Below are positions 1 to 12,926 of a stretch of DNA of 64,000 bases, one piece after another. Made by a program: the position numbers and the translations under genes. The notes under the pieces are model-generated. The model was not told where the DNA came from. It made no database searches and worked only from the letters and a program-made list of their open reading frames with translations. How positions within the stretch are numbered: the first letter of the stretch is position 1; each line of letters opens with the position of its first letter. Source of the stretch: Psammoneis japonica (taxonomy: Eukaryota); assembly GCA_008632985.1 (NCBI GenBank), contig QPGO01000255.1:1-64000 (forward strand), in the 5' to 3' direction.

Positions 1-284
1 TCACAATCAGCAATGTTTGCTTCCATATAGAGACTTGTAGCATCGAAGGTTGGTATTCGATTATCAGTAGATCCTAAACAAACTCGACCGAACTCTCCAT
101 GGCTTCAACGGTGCGATTGTGTCCAAACATTCCTTCGAAAATACCCCATCATGAAGTCGATGTGGACGAGCACTACGCCGGATGAAAGAGACAGCAAAGA
201 TATGCCGGTTTTGGCGGTAAGAGACGTCAAAGTTTAGGTTGGGCATCGCGCCCATCGGACTGATTCATTCAATCTTTTTCATTG

Positions 285-770
285 CGACCGTATCGGGCCC
301 AAGTGGATCAGGAGAAGACGCAGCTATTGAGAACTCTTTCTGTGTTTGAGGTATGGCGGGACGCGTGATACAATTACAACCAAATCTCGCAGAACGGCGC
401 TATTTCACCTCAAGTACAAAGTTACGGAAGCCGACGAATGAAGAATGAGAGAGATAACACTCTTAGTCTCGACCAACATTGCCTCCAGTGGAGCTTAGAT
501 CCAAGCGCCTTGGATCCACCTTGGTCTACTTTATCGGGAGGGGAGCACAACGTGCCTCACTTGCAATTGCAGCACTATCGTTGAAACCAATAGTGCTGCT
601 CTTGGATGAATCCATGGGCGCACTCGACAAGGAAACTTCATTATTAGTAGAAAGGGCCCTCATTCATTCTGGTATTCCTACCATTCTCGTGCGTGTATTC
701 CTAGCATTCTCGTGACGCACTCCGACGAACAATTCGAACGATTTTGCAACCATAGTATCCGTATCGTCTT
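285..770 (+). pseudogene. Frameshifted ABC-transporter ATP-binding domain (STAR1/PstB-like)
   Basis: Walker A GPSGSG/KTQLLR at ~295-335 (1-nt insertion). ABC signature LSGGE/AQRASLAIA at ~530-570 (1-nt deletion). Walker B VLLLDE, and an H-loop 'THSDEQ' at ~715. Confidence 0.7.
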
Positions 771-1920
771 GAGTTTAGGAGGGTACAACCGTGTAGGTTT
801 AGTAACTGCTTTGACCAGCAACCGTTGGGTGCCTCGAGACATTATTGGATACGCATCATGGTGTAGATACAAAACTGAACGCCGAGTTCAACAAGACAGT
901 CATACCATCGTAGTAAAACAACCAGTGACACGCTAACTACAGTTCGTTCATGAGCGAGTAATATCTTTGATAGAGAGAGTGAGTACGAAAGCATACAAGA
1001 AAGCCACCGCTTACAAAATCACAACAGTAAGTGTGTCTGGACCCCAGGGGACTTTTGAAACGTGGTGAAACTTACGGAGTAGTGTCAATTCAGAAATGTG
1101 AAGAGGCACCGTACCCTCCAAGCGGTCGTTACCAATGTAATGTTGCTCTTCGTAGGAAAATATTGTAGAGCCGAGAGATAGCAAGACCCCGAGTGCGAAC
1201 GAAAAGACTCTTGGACGTTCATAACTTGTACAGCATACGGTAGAACCGTTACGTACCGATAGGTTCGTCATATTATAATCTCTCGGGGAACGCAACCTAC
1301 AATGGAAAAATAGCGGCGAGGTCCAAAGTATTAACTTGTTTGAACTCGGCATACCGCACTCCTCCCCATTCACATTCATGAATCCCCTGTGCAGAGCGCT
1401 TTTGACGATGGAGAAAACATGAACGGTTTGGTTACAACGATTCCGTCTGAATTTGGCAATCGTTTGAAAATGTCCAATTGGCGCTGTCGTCTGCTGGTGT
1501 AATGTGCAAGGGACGATGACTCGCAGGCGGGAGCTGGGCAAGATGACAAAGTTGCACACTCTCAACTTGTCATCCAACTGCTTTTCTGGATTCATCCATC
1601 CCAACAGAACTTGGCAATCATTTGAATCTTGACACGTTTATGGAAGCACGCAGCAAGTGGCGGTGATGTTATTCAGTATGGTAGGGGCTTCAAAACGGCC
1701 GCTACGACAAACGACAAAGAAAAAACAAAGAAGGTCTGACGATGCTCTCCTTTGTCGTGTAGCATTCGGGAACGAGCGCTTACGTTATTGCAACGCGTAG
1801 CATGGACTCATTATGATGAAAGCAAAATAGGAAGCACAGCGTCTTCGTAGACGGCCACGTTGTTGTTCCCCATTGTGACGATAGTAGCCCTTCTTGTTGA
1901 CACCGTAGTTTTTTTTGAAG

Positions 1921-2330
1921 CTACTGATGAATCATTAAAAAATGCTTTAGAGATCGTGACAAGGACATGGCACCAACCGATGTGATTTGATTGTATGAAA
2001 GGATCAGGACCCGCAACATAACATTCGGCGTTTGAAGGACTTGCGCTAAGTGACTGATATCCTCGTCAGTAACTTCATTTCGAGACAAGACCAGTCTAGC
2101 CAGCCGTGTATGAGGCAAAGGCGTTCGCCTAAGACACGTACTCCTCCGCCACCAGTTGTATTTCGACGAAGGTTCAAATCGCAAAGGGCAGTGTTGCCTT
2201 TGAGCGATCGTGCCAACCCCCCAACGCTCGAAGCATCAATGTACGTATTGTCCAAGTTCAGTTTTGATATGCGTTCATCGTTCTTCTCCAATCGATCACA
2301 ATACGCGAACAAAAGAAGGCTCATGGGATG
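1921..2330 (-). pseudogene. RNI-like/NLRC3-like leucine-rich repeat fragment, frameshifted
   Basis: ORFs 2046..2393 and 1921..2184 give consecutive LRR units: KLNLDNTYI, LKGNTALCDLNLRRN, RLVLSRNEVTDEDISHLAQVL, VLILSYNQITSVGAMSLSRSL. Confidence 0.7.
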
Positions 2331-3639
2331 TACTGTATATGTTTTAGCGACTGAGAGTAAGTGCTGCGGCGTCACCAGTTGAAAAATCGTCACTTTCTGC
2401 GTTCATCGTTTTCTGCAACTGAAACCGATACTGATGCTTTGAGTCTCTGCAAACCAAACCTACCAGTGATAACTCTAGAGCCCTTCATGAGCCTTTCTAA
2501 GCAGCTGGAAGGATTGCAATTGGAACTCCGTTGTGTCACAAACGCAAGACGTGATGCCCATGCCGACAGCAAAAAACGCAGCTATGGGTGAGTCGAATAA
2601 GTCGATTGCACTCAAACTTTCAAAACGGCATGTTGCACTTATGATGTGTCTCGACATTCAGAACATGGCAAACATCGTTGGGTCGACGTATCTTTCATGG
2701 GGGATCTTTTTCTACCGTTGTGTTATAAAGAGGTTGATACATTGGTTTGGTTTCCGGGGGCTTCGGTTGCGACACACGGCATGATAAACAAACTGTTGCG
2801 TGCCTCGACTCCTCGTGACTCAACACTCAACTGCGCGGGACGTTTAACACGTAACACTTGAATGGTCGACAACGCTGCGGCGGCAAGTTCTTTCTGTTTT
2901 TCTCATTTTATATCGTTTTCTTACTCACTAAAGATCATTGTTGCGTTTTGTTACAGCTTGAAAGGTGGATGGATCGTCTCCTGCGGTCGATCATGGTGTC
3001 TGTTGTGTTGGCATGTTTTTCAAGTCGTTGGTGCCAAAGCGCATCCGTTTAGGAGCTTTGTGCTTCATCCCACTCTACATCCTTTGGTGAAGATGAGGCG
3101 GTGGCTCAAGCAGTCGAGGTCTCTTGCGCGTAGCGTGAGTCCCTGGTTTCGGCGTTTGATTTTCTTTGTTGTTCGCACTTCGGCACACGTCCTCTAACAC
3201 GGCAAGGGAAATGAACGGACGTTTTGGACCGGTGGTTCTTAATTCTTGCTATCGGTTCCTGCTCATATTCTCGTGTATTTGCTTCTGGCGGGCTTTTTCA
3301 CTGTTCAAACGATTGTGGACGTGCTGAACGTAGGGGAGTTGGGCGGCGCGAGCTGCTGTCACGGTCGCTCCTTTTATCATCGCTTGCGGAATGGAAAGGC
3401 TAATTTCGACCGCTTTGAGCTTGCTAACGATTTATTTCAACTTCCGCAGTGACACTTTCTTCCCACCATTCAACGTGATCTGGACACATTTCAACACGTT
3501 TTGCTAGTGTTGCATGTCCGAAGCGACAGCAGAACTGTCGAGAAGACCGTACAGCGGCATTTTCTTCAGCATCCTTGAGCAATGAAGCAGCAGATAATGT
3601 ATATAGATGACTCATGGTTTGTCACTGTTCTTTATAGTG

Positions 3640-5590
3640 TTTGTTGACCCGTCGCGTTGGACAGGCAGAGCAACACCCAACTCAGGATTTGTCACTCCAT
3701 GACTCAGATGATCCAGAATCTGCAACTTCAGAGACTCCAGAGGGAGCAGAGCTTGATGAGCTCAGCAATGACAGTGACGATGAATTGCCCTTGTTGATCA
3801 TCATGACTCACATGAAGATCTAGATGTTGGTTTTGATGAAGCAGAGCCTGTGCCACCAGCTCCAAATGCTGCTGCTGCTCCCACTCGGACTTGCAATGAC
3901 CACACTGTCAAGAAACCAGATTGCATCTTCATTGAGTCCATGAAGGCCAAAATCTGCACCCCACCCAACAAGTCACACTGGCTGCACATGAAAATTCCAA
4001 ATGCTTTGTCAGGTCAGAGACATTGAACAAGCAGTTTTTGATGACACTGCATTGGGAAAGCATCACAAATGCCCTCAGATCAAAAGACTTGCGTGCTGTG
4101 ATCAAAATCTTTGACAAAAATGCTGGTCAAGAATGTGGGCGATGCACTCAAAGAAATCCAACTTGGGAAGAAGGAACAAGTGAGCCTGATTGCACAGCCC
4201 ATCTCCACCAGGCTTGTGACATCAAAGTTGACTCCCTTGCCACCAAGATTGGATGAATGTGCTCCCACCCACTTGGGCCTTTGCCCTGATTGATTCATCC
4301 AAAAATGTGATGCCAATTTTTTGTCTGTGGAGACAAGGAGCAGCTGGAAGTCATTGATCATCTGATGCTTCAGCTCTGGTTGTAAATCAGACAGCAGCCC
4401 AGCTTGTGGTCATGCTGTCTCAAATTTTGGAGATCTCTGCCAAGCAAGTCAATCATGTCACTGCTTTTGCACATGCTCCCATCAGCACGGATCCCAAATG
4501 GGGTGCCATGATGCCCAAAGAGTGGGGGTGCACTGGCGCATGTGTGCAAGGATGCTCCAAGCCTGACAAAGCACTGAAGCTCAAGAAGACCATTTGCAAT
4601 CTCAAACAAGGACCGTGCAATTTTTTTCCTGCAGCTGAAATCAAAGCTTGAAGCTGGGCTTCAATCGCAAAAGGACGTGGGCTCATGCCTCTTTGTGTCT
4701 GACAAGGTCAGAGTGCATCAACAAGGAGGTCAAAAAGTTCAAAATCAGTGGTGGTGTGTCCTTCAAAAACTCAGATTCTGCTGCATTTTCTTTTGGGCAT
4801 CCATGTCAATTGTGATGCCAACAATGGCTCAACCAAGCTGACCCAGTGTGGCCTGGTGGCCAAGTGCGCCATTGATGCTCTCAATGCAGGTGATCTCCAA
4901 AGGCCCAACACCTGCACCAGCGGCTCTGTTGGTCTGCGTTGGTCAAGGATGCTGATGAGACCCACAGAATGGAGCCCCCAGTTGTGCCAGTGTGGCTGGC
5001 ATGCTCCAGTGGTGCCTCTGAGGCCGCCCCAGGCCCCCAACGTTGTCACCTGTGCAGCTGCTGGCCCAGCAGCCAGGTTTGTTTTTGGCCCAAGCTGCTC
5101 ACATGAGCTGGCCCTCATGAGGATCAGCAAACTCATCAGGGGCTCACTTGAGGAAGAAGGTTCAGCCCCCAAGCCATCTGGGGTCTTCAGCGCCAATGTT
5201 TTTGTCAGTGCTGCTCAGAGTTTGCCGGGGCTGTGCCCTCACGAAGACAAGCAAGACCAGGCTTGTGTCAAGAGTCAATCAGGACTTGTGGCCTGCATTT
5301 CAAACTGTCCTGTCATTGAGTCTGGCAAGCTTGCACTCAAGATTGCTCTCTCCACCATGGAGGCAGAGTGCCGCCCCCTCCCCAGTTGTGCCAAAGCCGC
5401 CCTTTCCCTCCCTTTCTCTGCACCACGCAAGCCACTTCTCAAGTGCTGGAGCTGGTCTGGGAGCTGTCGAGACCACCAAGACTGCCTTGAGAGAGGGCAA
5501 TGCTGGAGCTTTAATTTTGGCCAATGTGGAACCTGGACAAATTGCACCAAGGTTGTCCCAGCTCTGCTCTGTGGTTGGCAGCTTCTTAGT
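3640..5590 (+). mobile_element. Degenerate Ty1/Copia (CoDi-like) pol: RT and RNase H remnants
   Basis: KQVNHVTAFAHAPI (consensus ~KQVDYTAAFVHAPI), LKLKKTICNLKQGPCNFF (~LKLKKSLYGLKQAPRNFF), KIALSTMEAEC (~EIALSTMEAEY) and EGNAGALILANVEPG (~EDNAGAL). Multiple stops and frameshifts. Confidence 0.85.
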
Positions 5591-5629
5591 TCAAGAGGCA
5601 GTGTCATTGCAGTGCGAGCTCATGCGTGC

Positions 5630-6990
5630 TCATGCACACAAAAATTTCGCGCTTGCACCAAATTGTTTTCCCATGGGAAAGTTGTGCTGGAATGCTTGCA
5701 GACAGGAACGGTCAGAAAGAAGATCAAGCAGTCTACGTGGTGCTGAGTGCATTGAAAGCAAACTGTTGGGTTGTTGTTGTTTGTTTGTCATCCCATTGTT
5801 TGCCAAGCAACCAGCCCTCTGGAGGCAGCAAGACAACCAAGCAAACACACCATCATGGACGACGGCAAGCACAAGCACACGACCAGACTGGGGCGTCGCG
5901 CTTGGACTCCTCTGCTCTGGGATGTCTGTCTCACTCAGACTCTGCTCTGGGATGTCTTGCTTGGACTGGACAATGACTCACCCACACTGCTTTCTCACTC
6001 CATCTGATGACAGGATGTCAACCTGTTGGATGGATTGCTCTGAAAACACAGGAGGAAGTCGTCACTGATGCCATTCAGTTTGTGGAAGAAATCATCACCA
6101 CCAATGATTGCTCAGACAAAGAACTTGCAGAGTTCTTTTCAGAGTGTTCTCAGCACCATCATGGCTGCAACAAATGCCAGCAAGCATTCTGTTGAGCACA
6201 CATGGCATCCAAACANAACAATTTGAACTTGCACAGGACATCCAAATGTGGTGTGAAAGCCACCCTGAATTCATGTCGTGGCACCAGGTGTGTCAAGGAT
6301 CCTACACGGCGAACCAAGAGCTTCCCAAGTGGGACAATCATGAATCGGTGAAAGCAGATGGAGTGGTCAATCACAAGCCTGCGCCGTCCGTGGAATCATG
6401 GCTGCTCCTTCTCATCAAGCAAAGCCACACCTGGCTGGAGAACAAGAAAGAAGGATGGGAGGAAGGCCTTCCTCATTGTGGTGCACCAATCTCAGACTTT
6501 TTCAACAAGCATTGCATGACAGCTGGTTCCTTTGTCACACGGGAAGTGCGCTCCAGGATTGAGACGGCCCTCAAGAGCGCTCCGGAGCAAGAGGAGCTTG
6601 AATTTTGCGTCCCCATGACACCACTGCCAACAATGACCCCTCATCCCACAGTGCGGCATGTTGCCTGCTGAGTCCCCCGCAGTTGTTCCCATTGCACAAG
6701 ATTTGCGTGGACGAGGTTCAAGACATGAGTCAAGCTAAGATCGGTTTGCCATTTTTGGTGAGCACAAATCACCCTGATTTTCTTTTTCTGGCTGGTGACC
6801 CTGCTCAGGCTGTGGCCCAGGGTGTTGACTTTTGTTTCAAGGTGGTCCGTTCTGTCATTCACATGATTTTTGAAGGCAGGGAGAAGATTGAGCATTGGCA
6901 AAAACTCTGCCACAACTTTTGCAGCCATGAGGGGATGTCCTGAAAGTGGCCAATTCTGCACTGGGCTGTCTTCTCAAGGCTTTCCCACAG
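5630..6990 (+). pseudogene. Degenerate fragment of a TRANK1/LBA1-like UvrD-family helicase gene
   Basis: ORF 6605..6943 reads ICVDEVQDMSQAKIGL...LFLAGDPAQAVAQGVDFCF...LCHNFCSHEG, matching UvrD motifs II/III/IV (YVDEVQD, GDxAQ, NYRS). Confidence 0.7.
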
Positions 6991-7782
6991 CAGCATTGAA
7001 GCTGGAGCATGATGCGGGACTTGTTCAGGGTGAGCTTTAAGTGTGCATCAAACTGTTGCCTTTTGCCATTCTTGAAAGCAAGCATCACTTGTCCATCTGT
7101 TGGCTTGTTTTTCCTTGTTTTGTTTGAAAGGACTCCAGCCAGGACTGCTGACCAGTGACCACAAGGAGCTGCCGAGCTTCTTTGCATTGCAGACACCAAA
7201 AAAAAGCAAAAAGAATGCTCTTCAAACCCTTGGACCACTTCAAACAGTGTTGAATGTTGGCATCTGCTTGAGCCGCCCAGCAAGCTGTTGGCACCTGCTC
7301 AAGCCACCTGGCAAGCTGTTGGCATCTGTTTGAGCCACCTTGCATGATGCAGCGTGCACTTGAGCCGTCTTGTTTGAAATGGCATGAACTTGAGCTGCAC
7401 CACATGATGTGACATTTTCCTGTGGAAACATGGACAAAAAATCAAAGGAAAACAAGAAGTTGAGAAAACTAAAAAATGCATTGAATCAACAGATTAAATC
7501 AAATGCTTTGGAGTGATGGGATCATCTTGCTGAGAATGTGAGAGAATGAAGAAACAAATTTCGGCTCCAGAGAATGTTTTCATTTGTTTTCATCATGAGC
7601 CAGTTTTTGGGTTGACAACAGCAGGTCCAATGGCATCAACACAAAATTGACAATGCTCATTTTCAGCCATGATGACCATTGTTGCAGGTGCTTTGTGTTG
7701 GTGATGTTTGTGGTGGTGGGAGAAACTGGAAACTGGCTGTTTCCATCCACACACATGCTGCTCACTGCAATGCTGTGCAATC

Positions 7783-7870
7783 ACCTGTGCTCCTGATGTG
7801 AGCACTGGTGCTAACTGTGATGCTGTGCAAGTGCCTGTGCTCCTGATGTGAGCACCGGTGCTGCACTGTG
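7783..7870. repeat. Two near-identical ~50-bp tandem copies (CCTGTGCTCCTGATGTGAGCACYGGTGCT)
   Basis: Direct reading of the sequence. Confidence 0.75.
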
Positions 7871-8559
7871 CCCCAACTGGGCTCTGTTTGTTTTGTGCTT
7901 TGCAGTGTGAATTTGAAATTTTTGACATTTTGGCCTTTTTCTGTTGTTTTCGCTTGACGTTTTGGCAAGCGTCCCGCAGTGCTGCAGCGTGCACATGTGT
8001 TTTCAAAATCACAACAATCAAAGCCAGACATCTCTGCAAAACACTGTTTTTAAAATCACAGACTCAAGTGGTGGATTGACAGCATGTGGAGGATGGCATG
8101 GAAGATGCACTTGGTGGCGGAGCACAAGGTGATTCAAGTCATTTGAAGCACAATGTGGTGATTCGATTGCAGCAACAAAGCCTTGCTCCTGCCCAAGAAC
8201 TCACATGGGTGTTGCACCACCACTTCACATGCACGTCAAAAAAAGACTGCAGTTGGACATCATTCTCTGGAGGAGTGTCACTTCAGCATTGCAGCAACGG
8301 CAATCATTTGCAGCATTTTGGTCACTGCAAGTGTGGCAAAAGAAGACAGTGCTGTCTTTTTAACAGAAATGCCAGACAGATCTAGATTGCAACAAGATGA
8401 TTGTGTGTGCAGAGTTCTTGCCGGTCAAACAGTCATGGCATTGCAGCACAAGGACAAAATGCATTGGAGCTGATCACACAGTTGCACAAAGACAGAAACA
8501 ACAGAGGCTTCCTGAAGGACTGGCAACATTTTCATGCTTGAAATGGACCTCTGCTTTCC

Positions 8560-9330
8560 CCAGTCATCACACCAAATGTGTCTGCAGACACTTGTCCAAG
8601 ATGCCACATGGTGCCCTGCATGTGCGCACTGAGGAACCCTGCTGTTTGGACCTTCCCAAGCCTGTGTGCAACTGGGCTCAAACCATGAGTGGTGGTGATG
8701 CAGAGGAACTCCTCAACCAAGACACACCCAAGCCACTTGGCAAGTTTGTTGCCATGACTCATCATGTTGATGCAAACTTGTTCCATTGCATGCTTGCCAG
8801 TGGGTGTTTCATTGTGGGCATCATTCATTTCCTCAACAAGTTTCTGGCTGGCCAACTGGTTGTTCTCCAAGAATTGAGCCACAGCCAAGACTGCAACACA
8901 TGGATCTGAGTTTGTTGCTGCCAGGACCTGTGTTGAACAGATCATTGATCTGCGCATCACTTTGCGTCACCTCAGTGTCCTGATCCATGACACCTGTCAC
9001 ATGTTCGGGGATGACAAGTCAGTTGTGGACAGTGCTGCCATCCTGCACTCCAAGCTGCACAAGCAACACACACCACCCTCTTGTTCCTTTGCATGCGCAA
9101 AGCCATTGCCTCCAGCTTCCTTGAGCTTCATTTCATTGAAGGCTCGCACAACCCAGCTGATGTCCTCAGCAAGCAGTGGGGTTGCCCCCAGATCTGGAGC
9201 CTCCTCTGCCCCCCCCCCCCCCCTCATGTTTTGGAACTTTGATCCAAGGCCTTTGTCCAATGTCCAATCTGATGTCAAATCTGTCACTGCAGACTCTTCA
9301 AGCAAGAAACTGGGGAGTGACAGGATTTGA
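8560..9330 (+). mobile_element. Second Copia family: RT C-terminus/RNase H, polypurine tract and start of the 3' LTR
   Basis: HLSKMPHGALHVRTEEP, PKPLGKFVAMTHHVDANLFH, ATHGSEFVAARTCVEQIIDLRITLRHL and HMFGDDKSVVDS..HSKLHKQH. Followed by GGGGAG (9312-9317) and TG at 9318. Confidence 0.85.
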
Positions 9331-10094
9331 CCAAGACTTCAGCTTGTTGCACATGATTCTGTGTGCTCTTGGTTCCATGCGTGGTGTGCAATGCAGTTTG
9401 CTTTGAAGCCACTCAGCTCACAAGAACAACAACAGCAGTGCTGACATCATGCCACACATCTTTCAGCTCCTGCAGTGGTCTTTGCATGGAGACTCATCTG
9501 CCATTTAGACTGCCGCAAGGACCATTGTTTTCTTCCATCCATTTCCTCCTCAATTGCTGTCAAACTGTTTTGAGCGAGTCAAAAAGATTGGCCCCAACCA
9601 ATCAAAAAAGTTGGTTTCTGGCTCTGCAGGAAATGGGGGATTGTGCAGTGGCAAAAAATGGACAGAAATCCTGCAGCTGGGAAAGCCAAGTGTGCTGCTG
9701 TTGGGGACAATGTGACCTGGGGCACAGTGCTGCAAGATCAACCTTGCAATGCCCAACAACAGCTCTTGAAGTCTTGCCCTGGGCCCATGAGAGCTGTGTC
9801 CTCAGCTTGCAGCCATCAGCTTGGCCAGCGCCACAATGGCACACTTTTGGAATGAAATGACTTGGAAATTAAAGTTTGTTGTTGCTTCATTTTGTCAACA
9901 AGCACAAAATTGTTCTGGAGCACTTGTTGAGAACACAGGATTCTTGTTGTCAAGCACAGATCAGCTCTGAACAAGAACAACAAAATTTTCCAGACAATGA
10001 AGACATTGGGGGACAGAGCAACCAACCAAGCAAACTCTGGAGTGAGGCAAAAGAAAACAGGGATGGCAATGCTGGTTTGCAGCTGCCACAACTT

Positions 10095-10230
10095 TGCAAA
10101 GTTGACAAAGTCACAAATGACAACAAAGTTGACAATGTTGCCAAAATTGCCAAACTTGACAAAGTCGCCCAAATCAGCACAGTTGCCAAAGTCAGCAAAC
10201 TTGACAAAATTGCCAAACTTGACAAAGTTG
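10095..10230. repeat. Degenerate 9-bp tandem repeat (AAAGTTGAC/AAAATTGCC)
   Basis: About 15 imperfect units, translating as KVD/KIA/KLD triplets in ORF 9876..10598. Confidence 0.75.
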
Positions 10231-10319
10231 TGCCTGCAAAAGTTTTTCTCTCTTCTGCACATGAGACAAAGTGCTTGATGATTCACACTTGGGCAAATGT
10301 TGGCTCAAATGTTGACACA

Positions 10320-10530
10320 AAAATGTCTGCAATTGCTTCATTCTTGTCAACACACACAAAACCAATCCCCCATTCCTTGTTGGCACAAGGAATGCATGCA
10401 TTGCAGATCCAAACATGGGTGGAGCATTTTGACTGTGCCCAGTTTTGCATTGTTGGTTTGGATGAAATGTCCAGCGATCCCTCCACAGCACTTTGGAACG
10501 GGTCTTGGATCATTTGGACAATCCTCCTCG
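10320..10530 (+). pseudogene. Sulfotransferase-domain C-terminal fragment, degenerate
   Basis: AQGMHALQIQTWVEHFD.AQFCIVGLDEM...ERVLDHLD resembles the xGxYxxQLxxWxxxF...xxRVxxFL segment of heparan-sulfate-type sulfotransferases. Confidence 0.5.
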
Positions 10531-11279
10531 TGTTGTTGACACTCCCCCAACTTTGGCCCAAACAATCAATGGGACTGTGGTTTGGATGCCATTGTTGACC
10601 AGGACACACTGGCTCTTTTGGCCTGGTTTTGTGAGTGGCGCAATGAGATTCTCCAATTTTTGTCGAGCTTGTTGCAAATGTTTTGTGCCTTTAGAATGGC
10701 GATTGTCACCCCAGCGTTGTGCAACTCTGTGCAGGAGGATCACAACAGCCAAATCAGTTGCTTTGTCATTGGCTCTCCACTGAAGCCAACTTCCACAACT
10801 CTGCTGGAGACACACCCTCAAGAACAATGAGGAGCAGCTTTTGTTTGTTGGTTTTTGAAAGCGGCACTTCTGGCAAGTTACTTCGAAGTAGAAGAGATTG
10901 TGAGTTGAAAAAACGCTGTGTTATGATGTGCCGCATGCAAAGTAGAAGCATTCTGTCACACACACCAATTAGAGTGTTTTGTGTTAGAGACGACTCAACG
11001 GAAATGAATCGCCGGAATCACTGAATAATGCACATTTCCCACGACCCCAAATGTCGAACATACGAAGTGTACACACAGCAATTACACAGAACTCATGTCA
11101 CAGTCTCTCCAGTCTTGAACATTGCATGCTTTTCGGTTCGACAGCGGTTTTGCCAAACGTTGACAAAAACATGAACCATGACGGCAAACCTGTCCCCTGC
11201 GTCTCTGACTCTCTTAGAGCATCGCTGAAACAAGCTCACTTTCTTTGATTCGCATTGAACGACACCTTTGAAAGCTTTT

Positions 11280-12480
11280 ACGATGACCATGACAAGCATG
11301 GTTGCGCACTCTGATGCTGCTTGCCACAAACAAGACCCGGACGCCCATCCCGAGGTCAACCTTGCCGAAGAGCAAGGCTTTGTCTCGCTTGGACGAGACA
11401 AAAAGGAGGTGAGTTGACTGCGCATTGTGTTTCAGTCGTGCAGTTTGCTGCAATCGCTTTCGTGACTTGCTCTCTCTCTGTCGCTCTCTCTTCTGTTGTG
11501 CTGTCGCTGCATCTGGTTTCTTCTCATTGTCTCACCATTTCGGTTTCATTTGATCTACAACGACTGCAGGCTCTCGAGTCATGTCTCACTTGTTTCAACA
11601 ACGAGTGGACTCTCGATGAACGCTTTGACGGGCTCTGTGGGCTGGAGATTCTTGAAATCGAGGCCATGGAGAAAGGTCAAGCCGCACCTCTGAATCTCCA
11701 AGAGAAAGAGGAGGGAGCACGCCCCGTCTCCTGGGGTGGCGACGAGCAGAAAGTTCTCGAGCACTCTCCTGTGAAAAATGTGAGTTGATCATTCAGCGCA
11801 TTGCCTTTGAGTCTCACGGCTTTGCTGTGATTAGATTGTCCTCATCTCACTGTCGCTTCCATCGAATTGCCTTTCCGCAGGTTCTCGCATCATGCATCCC
11901 AGGTGATGGGCCCTTTGCGCCAGAGATTCTTGAATGCGAGAACAACGAGACTGCTCAAGCGCATGCTCCAAAGAAAATGAAGCGACCCAGTTTTGATGAC
12001 AGCTGGGGAGAGCCAGAAGTGCTCGAGCATTCTCCTCTCAAAAATGCAAGTCATTCATTCGACATGTTGTTTGCCAGCATGCCATGTGTTTGGGGACTTG
12101 TTGTCTCATCGTCGTTCGAATTTATGTGTGTTTTCCTGCAGGTCCTCGTGTCATGCGTCCCTGCTTTGGCCGCTGAATTTTCTGCACTCAACCGGCGCAG
12201 TGCGACTGTGCCAGAACGCGAGGACAAAGAGACGGCTGAAGCAGACACGCCGATTCTTCAGAAGGAGGAAAAGCGATCCAGTTTTGATGGCTGGGGAGAG
12301 CCAGAAGTGCTCGAGCATTCTCCTCTCAAAAATGCAAGTCATTCATTCGGCATGTCATCTACAGCATGAAAGTTTCAGATTTTTTGCTGAGTTTGGGGAA
12401 TTGTTGTCTCATTGTCATTTCAATCCATGTGTTTTCCCCTGCAGGTCCTCCCGATCTTGCCTTGGGCAGTGGCTCCCAAA
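11280..12480 (+). pseudogene. Multi-exon gene remnant with three repeated exon-intron modules (WGExxVLEHSPxKN)
   Basis: The motif ends at ~11780, ~12045 and ~12335. Each copy is followed by a donor-like G(T/C)RAGT..ATTCA and later a pyrimidine-rich ..CAG acceptor. Confidence 0.55.
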
Positions 12481-12662
12481 AGGGCACGAGTGAGTGACGA
12501 GGCATCCTTGCCAAGATGGTTGTCGTTCCCTTTCTTGAAAAAGGTCAGATCCAGCAGTTGCTTGTTTGCAGGATGCTCGTCCAGGTTGTCATTCTTGAGA
12601 GCACAGACACTGGTGCCCAATGCACATTTCTCAAATGCCAAACAGATGTTGCTGGTCTTGAG

Positions 12663-12926
12663 TGCACGCATCTGATGGTCTGATGTGAGCACCTTGTGGA
12701 ATGAAATGCACTCCACTGAGCTCTTGCCAGCCTCTGCCATGACTTGGCAAAACAACTGTGCAGATTCATGGGGAGTGGATCTGCCCCTTTGCGAATGATG
12801 CACGCATCTGATGGTGTCTGATGTGAGCACCTTGTGGAATGAAATGCACTCCACTGAGCTCTTGCCAGCCTCTGCCATGACTTGGCAAAACAACTGCAGA
12901 TTCATGGGGAGTGGATCTGCCCCTTA
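12663..12926. repeat. Tandem duplication of a ~130-bp unit
   Basis: GCACGCATCTGATGG...GGATCTGCCCCTT occurs at ~12663-12789 and ~12799-12926. Confidence 0.85.

Noticed and set aside
1011..1604. 197-aa ORF as an LRR receptor gene
   Set aside because: Only one LRR-like stretch (NDRLEGTVPLHISELTLL). The rest is unconvincing.
3640..10860. Ordinary CpG methylation decay as the whole explanation
   Set aside because: It explains CG->TG/CA (e.g. R->C) but cannot convert TA, and several blocks lose TA while keeping CG.
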